This document shows, piece by piece, positions 17,626 to 27,696 of a stretch of DNA of 64,000 bases. Positions within the stretch are counted from its first letter, which is position 1, and each line of letters begins with the position of its first letter. Origin of the DNA: a virus (lineage: Duplodnaviria > Caudoviricetes); the IMG/VR virus record IMGVR_UViG_3300014019_000001, positions 52,400 to 116,399 of that record; one strand, written 5' to 3'. The notes below the pieces were generated by a model, which saw nothing but the letters and a program-made list of their open reading frames with translations, was not told the DNA's origin and did no database searches. Both the position numbers and the translations under genes were made by a program.

Positions 17626-17996
17626 TATGCGTAAGCCTCGTCCCAGGTCTCGGCAAAGCGGCAGTTCTCCGGCATGTCGGCGAAGAACGGCTTGATCTGC
17701 TCGCGTTTGTAGCCGGCGAGGCCACAGCCCACAGGCGTCACGTAGAACCGGAGATCCGGCCGGCTGCGCGCGAATTCCTTGAAATCCTCGATATGCCGGC
17801 CGATGGCGTCGAGCGTGAGGGTCTGAATGCGCAGATCTTTCGTCGGCAGTGCGTAGCTGCGCCCCTGCAAGCCTTCGCCCTGGAACAGGATCGCGCCATA
17901 CTGCTTGAGGGCAGTGAGCGCAGCGCCGGCTCCGTGGCGGCCGGCAAGGTTGGAGCCGAAAACGAATACCTCGTTCGGTTTAATGCCTTCTCTCAT
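17625..17996 (-). CDS. A1S_2505-family (macro-domain-like) phage protein
   Basis: EVFVFGSNLAGRHGAGAA, SYALPT, FYVTPVGCGLAG. Confidence 0.85.
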   Translation of the reverse strand: MREGIKPNEVFVFGSNLAGRHGAGAALTALKQYGAILFQGEGLQGRSYALPTKDLRIQTLTLDAIGRHIEDFKEFARSRPDLRFYVTPVGCGLAGYKREQIKPFFADMPENCRFAETWDEAYA

Positions 17997-18043
17997 TGTT
18001 GCTTCCTCTCTCAGTAAGCGGTTAGTTATATTTCAGGGCAAAC

Positions 18044-18595
18044 CTATTCGTAGTTCTCCGGGTGGAGTTTCTGGTCGGTCTTGTCGGCGCAGCCTGGACA
18101 CTCGCCGTCGTAGCCATCGCCACCCTCGGCGTAGTGCTCTCCGCACGAACGGCAGACGAGAAAGTCGTCATCCTCGCTGTCTTCGATCACCTCGGCGAAG
18201 TTCATGTCGAACGCCCGGCGGGTGAGCGCGAGAAGGTTATCGCCTTCAACGCCGTGGTCGCGGCGCGCCAGGTGCAGCAGATCACCGATGAGGTCCTGAA
18301 TGTGCGCCTTGTCGTCTTCGTCACACTGATGGCTCGCCTTGTAGGCGTTGAGCGCCTTCTTGGCCCAGCCGGCGCGCATTTCGTTGGTAATCTGGGTCGT
18401 CGGTTCGTCCGGCCTGCGCTGCGCCTGGATTTCCTCGCGCAAAGCCTCGTGGCGATCAGCTTTGTCATCGAGCCGGATCGTGGTCGAGCTGCCGGTGGTT
18501 AGCTTATCAGCGACACGGCGGATCTCCGTCTCACGGTAGGAGAGGGCGCTCTCCAGCATGTCGATCTGAACGTCATCAAGGATCAAGACCGCCAT
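18044..18595 (-). CDS. Hypothetical protein with C-terminal zinc ribbon
   Basis: DLIGDLLHLA; CRSC...CPGC. Confidence 0.7.
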   Translation of the reverse strand: MAVLILDDVQIDMLESALSYRETEIRRVADKLTTGSSTTIRLDDKADRHEALREEIQAQRRPDEPTTQITNEMRAGWAKKALNAYKASHQCDEDDKAHIQDLIGDLLHLARRDHGVEGDNLLALTRRAFDMNFAEVIEDSEDDDFLVCRSCGEHYAEGGDGYDGECPGCADKTDQKLHPENYE

Positions 18596-18867
18596 CAGTA
18601 TTTCTCCATCCTACCGAGGATCAGCACGAGGCGCGGATTTTCGGTCATTTCCGGGCGCGGATAGGCATCGCGAAACAGAGTGCGCGCCTCAGCCGGTGAC
18701 TCGAAAATCTCGTAGAATTCCTCGCGCGGATCATCCTTCGCAGGATCAAGACCCTCGTAGCTATCGTAGACGACGGCATAAAAGGGATGACCCTCGTGGC
18801 CGTGCTTGAAAGCGGCGACGGCGAGACGGAGGCGGGCAAAGAACCGATAGAGAGTCTTACGCATCAC
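18595..18867 (-). CDS. Hypothetical protein
   Basis: Coupled ORF. Confidence 0.6.
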   Translation of the reverse strand: MMRKTLYRFFARLRLAVAAFKHGHEGHPFYAVVYDSYEGLDPAKDDPREEFYEIFESPAEARTLFRDAYPRPEMTENPRLVLILGRMEKY

Positions 18868-19286
18868 GCAGCCTCCTTGCCGCTCAATGCGTTGGGAAAA
18901 ACGGTCAGGTAGAGCCGCTCGTCGCGTTCAACAGCGGCGATGGATTCATGGATAGGCTTGGGTTTGGTGGCGCGCTCCAGGCGCCGCTGAAGCTCTCTGC
19001 GAAGACCCCTAAAATATTGGAGGTTTTGCTCGTGCTCGAAGTGGAGGTTCGGCACCTCGATAATGGTCATGCCGGCGGCTTCAGCCTGGCGGCGGATCTT
19101 CCCGCGATGAGCGGATGTCGAAGTGCTGTAGGGCATGTTGTTGATCAACATCACGCCGTTGTGCTTACGGGCGATCAGCACGTCGTAGGAATAAGCTTTG
19201 CTGCCGTCGAAGCGCATTTCGCCGCATTTGGCGACGCGGTGGGTGCCGGTCACGAAAGCGCGCGCCAGATCGATATGATTGATCAC
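18864..19286 (-). CDS. Hypothetical protein
   Basis: YSY..LIA...YSTSTSAH motif. Confidence 0.65.
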   Translation of the reverse strand: MINHIDLARAFVTGTHRVAKCGEMRFDGSKAYSYDVLIARKHNGVMLINNMPYSTSTSAHRGKIRRQAEAAGMTIIEVPNLHFEHEQNLQYFRGLRRELQRRLERATKPKPIHESIAAVERDERLYLTVFPNALSGKEAA

Positions 19287-19693
19287 TGGTTCAGCTCCTC
19301 GCACAGACGGTCGATTTGCTCGTCGGAGAGACCTTCGTGGGCGCCGTCATTAGTGAGAATGTCGTGCAGCGCGGCATGCAATTCGCCGGCATTCATGGTG
19401 CGCATATCCTGGAGGCAGCGCAGGCCGGCGAGAATTGCGTCACGTTCGATAGCGGAGAATGAGTAAGTGATTACTTCCGGCAATTCGCAAATGGAATCGT
19501 CACCGAGTTCTTCGGTTTCGCCTTCCATAAGCTGGAAGTCGTCAAACTCAGCGATGTCGCCGATCTCGACCCAATCGCCCGTGTAAAGTGGGTTCATGGC
19601 CGTCATTTCGGCTTCTTCCTGGGTGTCTGCTTCGACAAGGGTGGCATACTTCACCCATGCGTCGTGACCCTTCACGACCTTGAACTTTGCCAT
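19283..19693 (-). CDS. Hypothetical acidic protein
   Basis: First gene after promoter at 19709-19755; internal operator copy at 19460-19477. Confidence 0.7.
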   Translation of the reverse strand: MAKFKVVKGHDAWVKYATLVEADTQEEAEMTAMNPLYTGDWVEIGDIAEFDDFQLMEGETEELGDDSICELPEVITYSFSAIERDAILAGLRCLQDMRTMNAGELHAALHDILTNDGAHEGLSDEQIDRLCEELNQ

Positions 19694-19708
19694 TTCTCTC
19701 TCCGTCGC

Positions 19709-19755
19709 GCACTAAGCGCTTACTTATCTATCTATAGCGATAGCAAGGCGGGTTG
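19709..19755 (-). promoter_or_regulatory. Phage-type promoter plus operator
   Basis: CAACCC-N11-GCTATAG then TAAGTAAGCGCTTAG. Confidence 0.8.
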
Positions 19756-19825
19756 CAATAGGATTCTTTCGGGGCCGAAGCGGCGCATCGCAGGATCGGG
19801 ACGCGCCGCTGGCTGGCGGCATGGC

Positions 19826-20614
19826 TCAGGCCGTCTGCGCCGGAGGATTCAAGATCGCGCGCAGGCTGGCGGCGACCGTCGAGTTCTGGTTACGCGCGAG
19901 CGCCTGTTTCGTGCGCGTGGCGATCTTCACCGCGTCGAAGAGGTTCATGATCTGCCCGGCCTGGCTGCGCGCCGTTCCCTCGTTGTAGCCCTCGGTGTCG
20001 CTCTTGGCGCCGGGCGACTTATACGCGGCGACGAGATCAGCCGAGGAGATCGAGCCCTGCTTTTCGAGAAGGTTGAAGGCGATGACGACGAACGTGGACG
20101 GCGCTTTGCCGGCGGCGATCGCGCCGAAGAGATTCTCGAATTTCTCCGCGACCTTCTTCTGCTTGGGGATCAGGCCGAGGGTGTCGGTCTTCGCCTTGTC
20201 GAGCACCGCCGGATCGGACGGAACGGCGCCTTCGAGAACGAAGTGCTTGGCATCGATGTTCTTCAGGTCGCGCGGCGTGCGCGGGGTCGACGGCGCGCGG
20301 GGCGTCTTCGCAGCCTTCACGACGGTCTGGGCGGGGGCGGCCGGCGTGGTGCTGGCGACGACGGTCGATTCCTGCTCCTGGTAGGCTTCCTCGCGCTCGA
20401 TAGCCGCCTCGACCTTGCGGATCTCCTCGTCGTTCAGAACGAGTTCGCCGAGGGTGTCATCGATCGCCGGCTGGCTGGCGCCAACAGCTTCATCGACGGC
20501 TTCGATCAGTTCCTCGACGCTGGCGTCAGACGCGCTGACGTCCAGGCCGTCGAGAAGGTTGTCCAGTTCTGCAATGTCGGCCGCGCCGACGGGGGCATTC
20601 GCCTGATTTTCCAT
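19826..20614 (-). CDS. Hypothetical protein with acidic N-terminus and its own promoter
   Basis: 262 aa; GGAG RBS; promoter at 20665-20688. Confidence 0.75.
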   Translation of the reverse strand: MENQANAPVGAADIAELDNLLDGLDVSASDASVEELIEAVDEAVGASQPAIDDTLGELVLNDEEIRKVEAAIEREEAYQEQESTVVASTTPAAPAQTVVKAAKTPRAPSTPRTPRDLKNIDAKHFVLEGAVPSDPAVLDKAKTDTLGLIPKQKKVAEKFENLFGAIAAGKAPSTFVVIAFNLLEKQGSISSADLVAAYKSPGAKSDTEGYNEGTARSQAGQIMNLFDAVKIATRTKQALARNQNSTVAASLRAILNPPAQTA

Positions 20615-20701
20615 TCTCAGTCTCCGTTTCGCTCTCTTTGCGCTCTTTCGCGCTCACAGTTTCGTTATACGAGAGAGCAAAACGGGTTGCGGCTGGGTAG
20701 A

Positions 20702-21256
20702 TCAGGCCGCGAGAGGCATCTTCTGTTGTTCCGGCAGGCTGAACCAGCCTTGGCGATAGCCCTTGAAGAAGCACGCCATCATGCGATCCACGTCGTAGGC
20801 TGCCGCGTGGGCGAGCGCGGGATCGTATTCCTCGTTCATGGCGAAGCAGAGCTCCTGCAGAGTGGGTTTCTTGCCATCAGGCGTCGCCCAGATGCCTTCC
20901 ATCATCGTGTCGACGATGGGCCGCTCCGGCAGCTTGAGCTTCATCCGCTCCAACTCGTATTTGAGGAATCCCGTATCGAACGGCGCATTGTGAATGACGA
21001 AAGCGGAGGATTTCTCCAACACCTTCTGGACCGCCGGCGCGACCTTCGCCCAGGTGGGCTTGCCGATCAGGTCGGACGAGGAGATCCCATGCACGCGCTG
21101 CGCATCCACGGCGATCGAGCGCTCGGGGTCAATGCGCTGCTCGAATGCGAAGACCTTGGTGCCGTCGAGCTTCCAGAGGCCGATATAGACCTCGATCAGC
21201 CGGTGATCGCCGACCTCAAGGCCCGTGGTTTCAGTGTCGAGACCTGCCAGAAGCAT
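20702..21256 (-). CDS. dnaQ: DnaQ-like DEDDh 3'-5' exonuclease (epsilon-like)
   Basis: LDTETTG, HNAPFD, AHAAAYDV. Confidence 0.9.
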   Translation of the reverse strand: MLLAGLDTETTGLEVGDHRLIEVYIGLWKLDGTKVFAFEQRIDPERSIAVDAQRVHGISSSDLIGKPTWAKVAPAVQKVLEKSSAFVIHNAPFDTGFLKYELERMKLKLPERPIVDTMMEGIWATPDGKKPTLQELCFAMNEEYDPALAHAAAYDVDRMMACFFKGYRQGWFSLPEQQKMPLAA

Positions 21257-21404
21257 TACTTGCCATCCTCTCGGGTCATGTTGAACAACAGCTTGCCGAA
21301 GCCAAGGGCAAGCAGGAAAAGCGGCATGCCGATTACCACCGCGCAGACGAGGGCAACGCAAGCAATCTGGGCGATGTCGATGAGGGTCTGCATGGCGGCT
21401 CCTT

Positions 21405-21992
21405 TCAGATGTGCTGCCAGGTGGTGCGATTGAGGATGTTCACGACGGTCGAGCGCGCGATGCCGAAGCGCTTCATGAGCTCCGGGATGGAGGCGCCGTC
21501 GCTGGCGTGCTGGCGTCGGATCTCGATGACCTGGCCGGCGCTGAGCTTCGCGTTGGAATTCTGGGATCCACGGCCAGACTTGAGACCCGTCCGGTGCGCG
21601 TGCTTCTCGTTGTCACTCCCGGTCGACCATTCGAGCTGATATTCGCCCCATTTGGCGCGCAGCTCAGGTGTTGGTTGACGCAGGTAATTGTGCTCCTTAT
21701 TGCCGTCGATGTGGTTGACCTGCGGCAGGTTGAGCGGGTTCGGCAGGAAGCGCAGCGCGATCACCCGGTTGAGCAGAATGGACTTCGTGAAGCCCATCCA
21801 GGTCATGTTCGCATAGACCCGGCCGGTGGCCTTGTGGACGCGGAACTTGATCGGCTCGTATTCGTCGGAGAGGAGCTCGCCCTTGTCGCTGGCGCGCTTG
21901 CAGCGCAGAACCGTGCCGTCCTCCCTCGGAATGATGTAGCGGCTCTTGATCGCGTGCAGGATCCATTTGTCCTTTGAAAATTTCTTGGTCAC
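21405..21992 (-). CDS. HNH endonuclease with C-terminal HTH
   Basis: VNHIDGNKEHN...LEW...NEKHA, then RG..NSNAKL and HTH. Confidence 0.8.
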   Translation of the reverse strand: MTKKFSKDKWILHAIKSRYIIPREDGTVLRCKRASDKGELLSDEYEPIKFRVHKATGRVYANMTWMGFTKSILLNRVIALRFLPNPLNLPQVNHIDGNKEHNYLRQPTPELRAKWGEYQLEWSTGSDNEKHAHRTGLKSGRGSQNSNAKLSAGQVIEIRRQHASDGASIPELMKRFGIARSTVVNILNRTTWQHI

Positions 21993-22510
21993 AGCCGCGC
22001 GAACTCCTTGTGAGCAGCCTTGTAGGCCGTGTCATAGGCATCCTTCGCCTCGGTCATCGTTGAATAGCTGCCGAGGAACTTCGCCTTCCCGTTGATCCTG
22101 ATTTGAGCGAGGAAGCGCCCATTGCGCTCTCTCACACCGCGCACGCCGCTCGTATTCGTAGATGGCGTTTTGCGATTGGCGATACTCTGCACGCCCGTAG
22201 CCAGGCGCAGGTTCGACCACCTGTTATTCGACGGGTTGAGGTCGATATGATCGACAATCAGAACCGGCCACTGCCCGGTCATCATCGCCCAAGCGATCCG
22301 CTGGCCGAGACATGGGCTGCTATCGATGGAGATGACGACGTATCCATCTTTGCGAACCGTGCCGGCGAGATCGCCAGCTTTCGCGCCCTTACAGCCGCCG
22401 CGATCGATCTTCCAGCGAAGCTCCCCGGTAAACGAATCATAAGTAAGAAGTTCGTGAAGGCGCTGAACAGTCGGCTCCTTCCTCACTCTCTTTCGTCCTG
22501 GTTTAGCCAC
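21989..22510 (-). CDS. HNH-AP2 endonuclease
   Basis: VDHIDLNPSNNRWSNLR; TSGVRGV...AQI...LG...EA..AY. Confidence 0.88.
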   Translation of the reverse strand: MAKPGRKRVRKEPTVQRLHELLTYDSFTGELRWKIDRGGCKGAKAGDLAGTVRKDGYVVISIDSSPCLGQRIAWAMMTGQWPVLIVDHIDLNPSNNRWSNLRLATGVQSIANRKTPSTNTSGVRGVRERNGRFLAQIRINGKAKFLGSYSTMTEAKDAYDTAYKAAHKEFARL

Positions 22511-22730
22511 GGTTCTTCCTCATCTGGCGGATTTCTTCGATGACCTGCTCCAGGTTCCTGAGCAGCTCTTTGTCGGCGAGGCCGGAAACGGTGTCCCAGA
22601 TCGCGTTGGCGACGATGAAGAGCTCCCGGTCGGTGATCTTTCCGGCCTCATAGGCTGCCACCCACTTCGCAAGCTGCGCGCTGCCTTTGCGCGTCAACTC
22701 CTCGGAGAAGGTCGGCCATTCGTCTGTCAT
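22503..22730 (-). CDS. Hypothetical protein
   Basis: Follows promoter/operator at 22744-22782. Confidence 0.6.
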   Translation of the reverse strand: MTDEWPTFSEELTRKGSAQLAKWVAAYEAGKITDRELFIVANAIWDTVSGLADKELLRNLEQVIEEIRQMRKNRG

Positions 22731-22784
22731 TTCGTCACCTGCATAATTCACTGCTTACTTATAGCAAGCGATCAGACGGAATGC

Positions 22785-23447
22785 TCACGGGTTCACGAAG
22801 CGCATGTCGGCATAGCGATGACGACGGGACATGGCGTCCTCGTAGGCCATCAGAAAGTATTCCTTGGCCTGGTAGGCGCTCATCATTTCGATCTCGTAGG
22901 GCGCGCAGAGCGCGTCGGGATCGAGCATTTCAGAAGGGTCGTCCGGCTGGTGCGGCACGATCTGCCGGAATTCGGCCGTGCAGACGGCGTTGTCGGCGAT
23001 CTTGATCTCCTTGGGCAACGGGCAGATCAGCCCGAAGCGCTGCGCCACGGCCCACTCGGCGCGATCCTCAATGGGCTTGATGATGGCATGCACCATCGGG
23101 TGATGCTTCACCGGCCGGATCATATCGCCGAAGAGGTATTCAGGCGCATCGTGCAGCAGAGCTTCCAGCTCCAGATCTGGGCGGTGGAGATGCTCGACCA
23201 TGAATTTCGCGCACAGAACCGAATGTTCGGCCACGGAGAACGAGATACGGCTGCGGAACTGCTTGTGCTGGGTGGCGCCGTTCCAGCGATTGTTGTTCGC
23301 CAGGTGATGAGCCACCACCTCGATCTTGATTTCCTCCGGGCGCGGATCGAACGGGTAGATTTTGTGACCGTCTGAGGCGTTCATCGTCGGGCCACGGCTG
23401 GGAGCCGGCGACGGGCTTGTGATTTCGGTATGCTTCGGGGTGGTCAT
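22785..23447 (-). CDS. YfbR/YfdR-like HD 5'-deoxynucleotidase
   Basis: FSVAEHS, ALLHDAPEYLFGDMIRPVK, IKIAD. Confidence 0.85.
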   Translation of the reverse strand: MTTPKHTEITSPSPAPSRGPTMNASDGHKIYPFDPRPEEIKIEVVAHHLANNNRWNGATQHKQFRSRISFSVAEHSVLCAKFMVEHLHRPDLELEALLHDAPEYLFGDMIRPVKHHPMVHAIIKPIEDRAEWAVAQRFGLICPLPKEIKIADNAVCTAEFRQIVPHQPDDPSEMLDPDALCAPYEIEMMSAYQAKEYFLMAYEDAMSRRHRYADMRFVNP

Positions 23448-23466
23448 CGGCGCTTCTCGCTCGGGG

Positions 23467-23497
23467 AAAAGAAAAGGGCGGGATTGCTCCCGCCCTT
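23467..23497 (-). terminator. Intrinsic terminator after rIIB
   Basis: GGGCGGGA-GCAA-TCCCGCCC followed by TTTTCTTTT. Confidence 0.8.
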
Positions 23498-23514
23498 GCT
23501 TCGGAAGTCAGTGA

Positions 23515-25044
23515 TTACTTACCTTCGATCTCACGACGAAGGGCGCGCAGCTTCTTGGCGGAGATGCTGTAGAGGCGCTCCGCTTCGCGCTGGCTGATCT
23601 CGCCAGCCTTCACGCGATTGTAGGCTTCGCGCCACTTCTCCGGGATCGTCGAGGTCTGCATCGGCGGCTGCGGCTGGCTCATCTTCGCGGGAGCCGCCGG
23701 GCGCGTCACGACCTTGCTCGGCTTCTTGTTGACGCCGCCCTTCTTCGGGCTGACCTGGGCGGCGCGCTGCGCTGCTTCTTCCTTGATCGAGACAGCCTTC
23801 GTCTTCTTCGGAGCCGGCGCCTTCTTCACGTCAGCCTTGGCGGCCTTCGCAGCAGCGCGTTGTTCCTTCTCCGCCTTCTTTTCGGCGACGACCTCTTCGA
23901 CAGCCTTCTTCACCTCCTTGACCGAGACGACGTTCTTGTCCAGGCTTTCGTCGAGGGCTTCCACCTTCGCCACGTCGGTCTTGACCTCGGCGACGGACGC
24001 GAGCTTGTCGATGGTGACGCCACGACGCGGGGTGGTGACGACATTCGTGCCCTTCGCGCCGCCGATCACCACGTCTTCAACGACCTCGATGTGGTCGCCG
24101 GCAATGACGTTCGCGAGGATCTTCGCAGACGGCTCGTGGCTCGTCATCGGCTTGTTGCGGAGAAGCAGATGATAGCCCTCCTCCGGGACACGGGCGACGA
24201 TGTGGTAGGCGGCAGCGCGCATCTTGTCCGGCTCGTTGTAGGGCACGGCGATGACATCTTCCGGCGCCACCTTGATCAGCGTGATCAGGTCATATCGGAA
24301 GCCGGCGATATAGCCGCGCCGGGCGACGTGCAGACCACTGGAGCACTGGATGCGACGCGACGGGTCAACCAGGCTTTCAGCCATCGAGACGCGCGAGCCG
24401 ACGCGCTGGTGGACCTTGCGCGTGTGCGGATCGACGAAGACATCCTTGTCGTAGCTGGAGAAGCACAGGATCTTGTAGCCGACGATCGTGCCGTCATCAG
24501 CGATCGGAAGGTCGGCGCGCTCGATGAAGTGCAGCAGCTCCTGAACGGAGTGGCCGCGCTTGTCGATGACCTTGGACAGACGCTCCAGGAAGCGCTGGAG
24601 ACCCTTCACGTTCTGGAAGGCGGCATATTCGATCTGCTTTTCGAGCTTCTCCATGCCGGGAATCTCCTTGCCGTCGACGATGGCAACGAGCGTTTCGGCA
24701 TCGGGATCGACCACCGGGCCGGTGGGCTGCTCGATAGTCTCGCCCTCAGCAGTCACCTGACTGTCGCCGTAGCTGCCGAGGTTGAAGTGACCGACGAAAT
24801 CGCGGAACTTCTTGCGGACGAAGCGGATGAGGCCGCCGGTCTTGGCTTCGACCTTCGCTTCGAGCGAGTAGGAGTCGAGGTCGATTTCGACGGTCTTGTG
24901 CTTGGCGAGAGGCTTCGTGATCTCGTCCATGATGGACTTGGTGCGATAGCCGGTCGCCGGGAGATTGATCTCCTTTCCGTCCGTCGTATAGAGCGTCACC
25001 CCGGCGGCGCTGGTGATCGCGGATGTGATCTTGACCTTGTTCAT
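23515..25044 (-). CDS. rIIB: rIIB-like protein
   Basis: DLPIADDGTIVGYK, CSSGLHV, KVAPEDVIAVP..KMR. Confidence 0.88.
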   Translation of the reverse strand: MNKVKITSAITSAAGVTLYTTDGKEINLPATGYRTKSIMDEITKPLAKHKTVEIDLDSYSLEAKVEAKTGGLIRFVRKKFRDFVGHFNLGSYGDSQVTAEGETIEQPTGPVVDPDAETLVAIVDGKEIPGMEKLEKQIEYAAFQNVKGLQRFLERLSKVIDKRGHSVQELLHFIERADLPIADDGTIVGYKILCFSSYDKDVFVDPHTRKVHQRVGSRVSMAESLVDPSRRIQCSSGLHVARRGYIAGFRYDLITLIKVAPEDVIAVPYNEPDKMRAAAYHIVARVPEEGYHLLLRNKPMTSHEPSAKILANVIAGDHIEVVEDVVIGGAKGTNVVTTPRRGVTIDKLASVAEVKTDVAKVEALDESLDKNVVSVKEVKKAVEEVVAEKKAEKEQRAAAKAAKADVKKAPAPKKTKAVSIKEEAAQRAAQVSPKKGGVNKKPSKVVTRPAAPAKMSQPQPPMQTSTIPEKWREAYNRVKAGEISQREAERLYSISAKKLRALRREIEGK

Positions 25045-27578
25045 TATGCTGCTTCCTTTTCGGTGATGACGGCCGGCGGCAGAGCAGCCGGGATGATCGT
25101 CAGGGCGGTGGATTGAGGTTTGGGAGCTTCTGCAGCCGGCATCGCCTCGACGTCGACGGCTTCGGGTTCAGCGACTTTTGCGTCCTCGCTGCTTCGGACT
25201 TTGATGCGCGCCTTATGGCGGCGTTCCATGAAGCGCATCACCGCAAAGAGATCCTGGACGCGCTCCTCGTCGGAGTAGTCCATGTAGTAGTGAATGCCGG
25301 CGAGGGACTTGAATGCCGCGAACTGCTCGTTGGCCTCGACACGGCTGACGCGAAGCGAGCCGAAGTTCTTCAACGCCATGTTCTCCAGGTCACGGAGCTC
25401 GGAGCGAAGCCACTCCTTCTGCTCCGTGTGAGACTTGGTGTTGTTCATGTTGCTTCGGACGCTCGAAACGACTTGAATGAGGTCGTAAGCCTTGCGGCCG
25501 ACATCGGTCATGCGCACCTTCGGCGGGAAGAAATGCATCGTCATTTCGAGGCTGCGACTGGAGAGCTCGCTGATCATCTGGGAGCACTCGGCGTAGCCGC
25601 TACTGGTCACGAAGCCCTTGCGCGCCATCCAGGCATACTGGACGTCCCGCTTGTCCTGGTTCTCCTTGAGGAAGCGGACCATCGCTTCAAGGAGCGGCTC
25701 GGCGCCGGTTTTCGCCCGGATCTTGGCTTCTTCTTTCGCGTCGAACACCACGGCAATGTCGCCGAAGTGCTTTGTCAGCACATCACGGGAGACCTGATAC
25801 TGGCCGGCGCCCTTGTAATCCCGCCAGTCGTTCTGGCCACGGACGTAGTATTTTGCCGTCTCCAGGCTCTCAGCCTTCGGCAGCTTGCCGTCGTTGAGGT
25901 CCATGAGCGAGTGGTAAAGGTCGGTTTTGACGACCTTCGGCGCACGCTTCGGCGGGGGCGTGATCTTCACCTCGACCGGCTCGAAGCCGAACTTCTGCGC
26001 CAGTGCCTTGATCTTGTCGATCTGGGCATGCTGGCCGCGCTTGAGGACGAAGACCATATGCGCCTGGCACTGGTCATAGTTGACGTGCCTGACGGTCTTG
26101 TCGATTGCACGATCCTTGGCGATCTGCGCCACGGCATCGCGCTGATTGAAGCTGATATAGAGCTTCTTGCTGACGATCTGGGTGTAGTCCTTGATCGTCT
26201 TGTCCATGCGTGTCGGGCGAATGTTGCCGCTGTGCGAGCTGCCATCGATGAGAAAAGCATAGAGGTTCTCGAACAGCCCGAGCTTGTTCGCGATGCGCTG
26301 GAACAGCCGGGACTCGATCCGGAAGCCGTTGATGCGGGGCAACCGGGCACCGTAGTAGCGCTCGATCGTCGGGCGAATGTAGGCTGCCTTCCGGAAGTAG
26401 TTGCGCATGTCGCGCGGAACGGCCTTCGCGAACGCCAGACGCCACATCTTGTATTGGTTCTTCACCAGCGACTGGATGTGGGCCGCCGCGCACGCCTTGT
26501 GGATCTGATCCAGGGTGAGCGAGGCGCTGTGCTGCGGCATGAAGCGGACGAAATCCGAACTCACGAGCTGACGGTTCCAGGGAAGCTCCTTCTCCTTCTT
26601 CACGACGTTCTCGGCGCCCTTGAAAATGATCTCCTTGGCGTGAGGCTTCATGCCGTTGCGGATAATGCGATCGGCACGCGCCAGAAGCTCCAGAAGCGTT
26701 TCCTTCGTCTTGTCCGTGTAGGAGAGGGACTCGCGGGAGGGCGTGACACCGACGCTGTTCGGCGGCGCGATGATAACGAGGCGACCAACGCTGCCGGTGA
26801 TTTCCGAGACCTTGGTGACGGCTTCCATCAGTTCCCGTTCAGTCGTCTGGACAGGATAGAGCACCGTGCCGTAGAGGCAGTAGACATTGCTCTCGCGCAT
26901 GTCGTGGCCTGGAATGATCGCGAAGCCATGCGTCGCCTGGCTGTAGTCGTAGCCTTCAATGAGCGCGCCGCCGTTGATGACGACCTTCATGCCGCCCTGC
27001 ATCACGACGGACTTCAGGATGCTCATGAAGAGATCCTTGTCCTTCGGTTCCTTCAGGGGGATCGAGACAGTGACACCGCTCTCGGTCGTCGGGACCTTCA
27101 CCATCTGCCGGAAGTCGGGCTTGCCGTCGGTCTCAGCGCCACCGCGCGAGATCGCATAGACGTGCTTGAAGCCGTTGACGCAGCTCGTCACGGAGAAGTG
27201 GTCGGAATAGGCGAACGGAGCCTTCGAGCCGAGGCCGAAGCCGCCGGTCTGGTTCTCGTCTTTCACCTTGGTCGATGCGCCGTAGCGGCAATAGATCGGG
27301 CCGATCTTGTCGGCGGGGATGCCGGGACCGAAGTCCTTGATGACCAGCTCGGTATCGGTGAGGGTCACTTCGACGGGGCGATCCTTCTGGCCGGACACGA
27401 TATGCGCGTCCCAGGCGTTGCAGAAGACTTCACGGATGACCGCCCGCTTCTTGTCGCGGTAGAGGGTATCAGACAGGACGGTGAAGAACTCGGCCGACTC
27501 CGACATGGTGAAGGCTTGGGCTTTGCCGCCGCCGATAATGGCGTGGGTATCGAGCCCTGCGATTTGCGATACTTCCAT
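25044..27578 (-). CDS. rIIA: rIIA-like protein (N-terminal GHKL ATPase)
   Basis: LSDTLY..K..AVIRE..CNAWDAH, DFGPGI, GGFGLGSKAPFAY, TPSRESLSY. Confidence 0.9.
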   Translation of the reverse strand: MEVSQIAGLDTHAIIGGGKAQAFTMSESAEFFTVLSDTLYRDKKRAVIREVFCNAWDAHIVSGQKDRPVEVTLTDTELVIKDFGPGIPADKIGPIYCRYGASTKVKDENQTGGFGLGSKAPFAYSDHFSVTSCVNGFKHVYAISRGGAETDGKPDFRQMVKVPTTESGVTVSIPLKEPKDKDLFMSILKSVVMQGGMKVVINGGALIEGYDYSQATHGFAIIPGHDMRESNVYCLYGTVLYPVQTTERELMEAVTKVSEITGSVGRLVIIAPPNSVGVTPSRESLSYTDKTKETLLELLARADRIIRNGMKPHAKEIIFKGAENVVKKEKELPWNRQLVSSDFVRFMPQHSASLTLDQIHKACAAAHIQSLVKNQYKMWRLAFAKAVPRDMRNYFRKAAYIRPTIERYYGARLPRINGFRIESRLFQRIANKLGLFENLYAFLIDGSSHSGNIRPTRMDKTIKDYTQIVSKKLYISFNQRDAVAQIAKDRAIDKTVRHVNYDQCQAHMVFVLKRGQHAQIDKIKALAQKFGFEPVEVKITPPPKRAPKVVKTDLYHSLMDLNDGKLPKAESLETAKYYVRGQNDWRDYKGAGQYQVSRDVLTKHFGDIAVVFDAKEEAKIRAKTGAEPLLEAMVRFLKENQDKRDVQYAWMARKGFVTSSGYAECSQMISELSSRSLEMTMHFFPPKVRMTDVGRKAYDLIQVVSSVRSNMNNTKSHTEQKEWLRSELRDLENMALKNFGSLRVSRVEANEQFAAFKSLAGIHYYMDYSDEERVQDLFAVMRFMERRHKARIKVRSSEDAKVAEPEAVDVEAMPAAEAPKPQSTALTIIPAALPPAVITEKEAA

Positions 27579-27610
27579 CTTTCTCTCTCTTCCTTTCGTG
27601 AGCGCTCTAA

Positions 27611-27656
27611 GAACTAAGCGCTTACTTATGTTGCTATAGCAGACGAGAAGAGGGTT
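27611..27656 (-). promoter_or_regulatory. Phage-type promoter plus operator
   Basis: CAACCC-N11-GCTATAG...TAAGTAAGCGCTTAG. Confidence 0.8.
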
Positions 27657-27696
27657 GCTCACGGAATCTCGAGGCTCTTGATTCCGTGAGCGAGCG

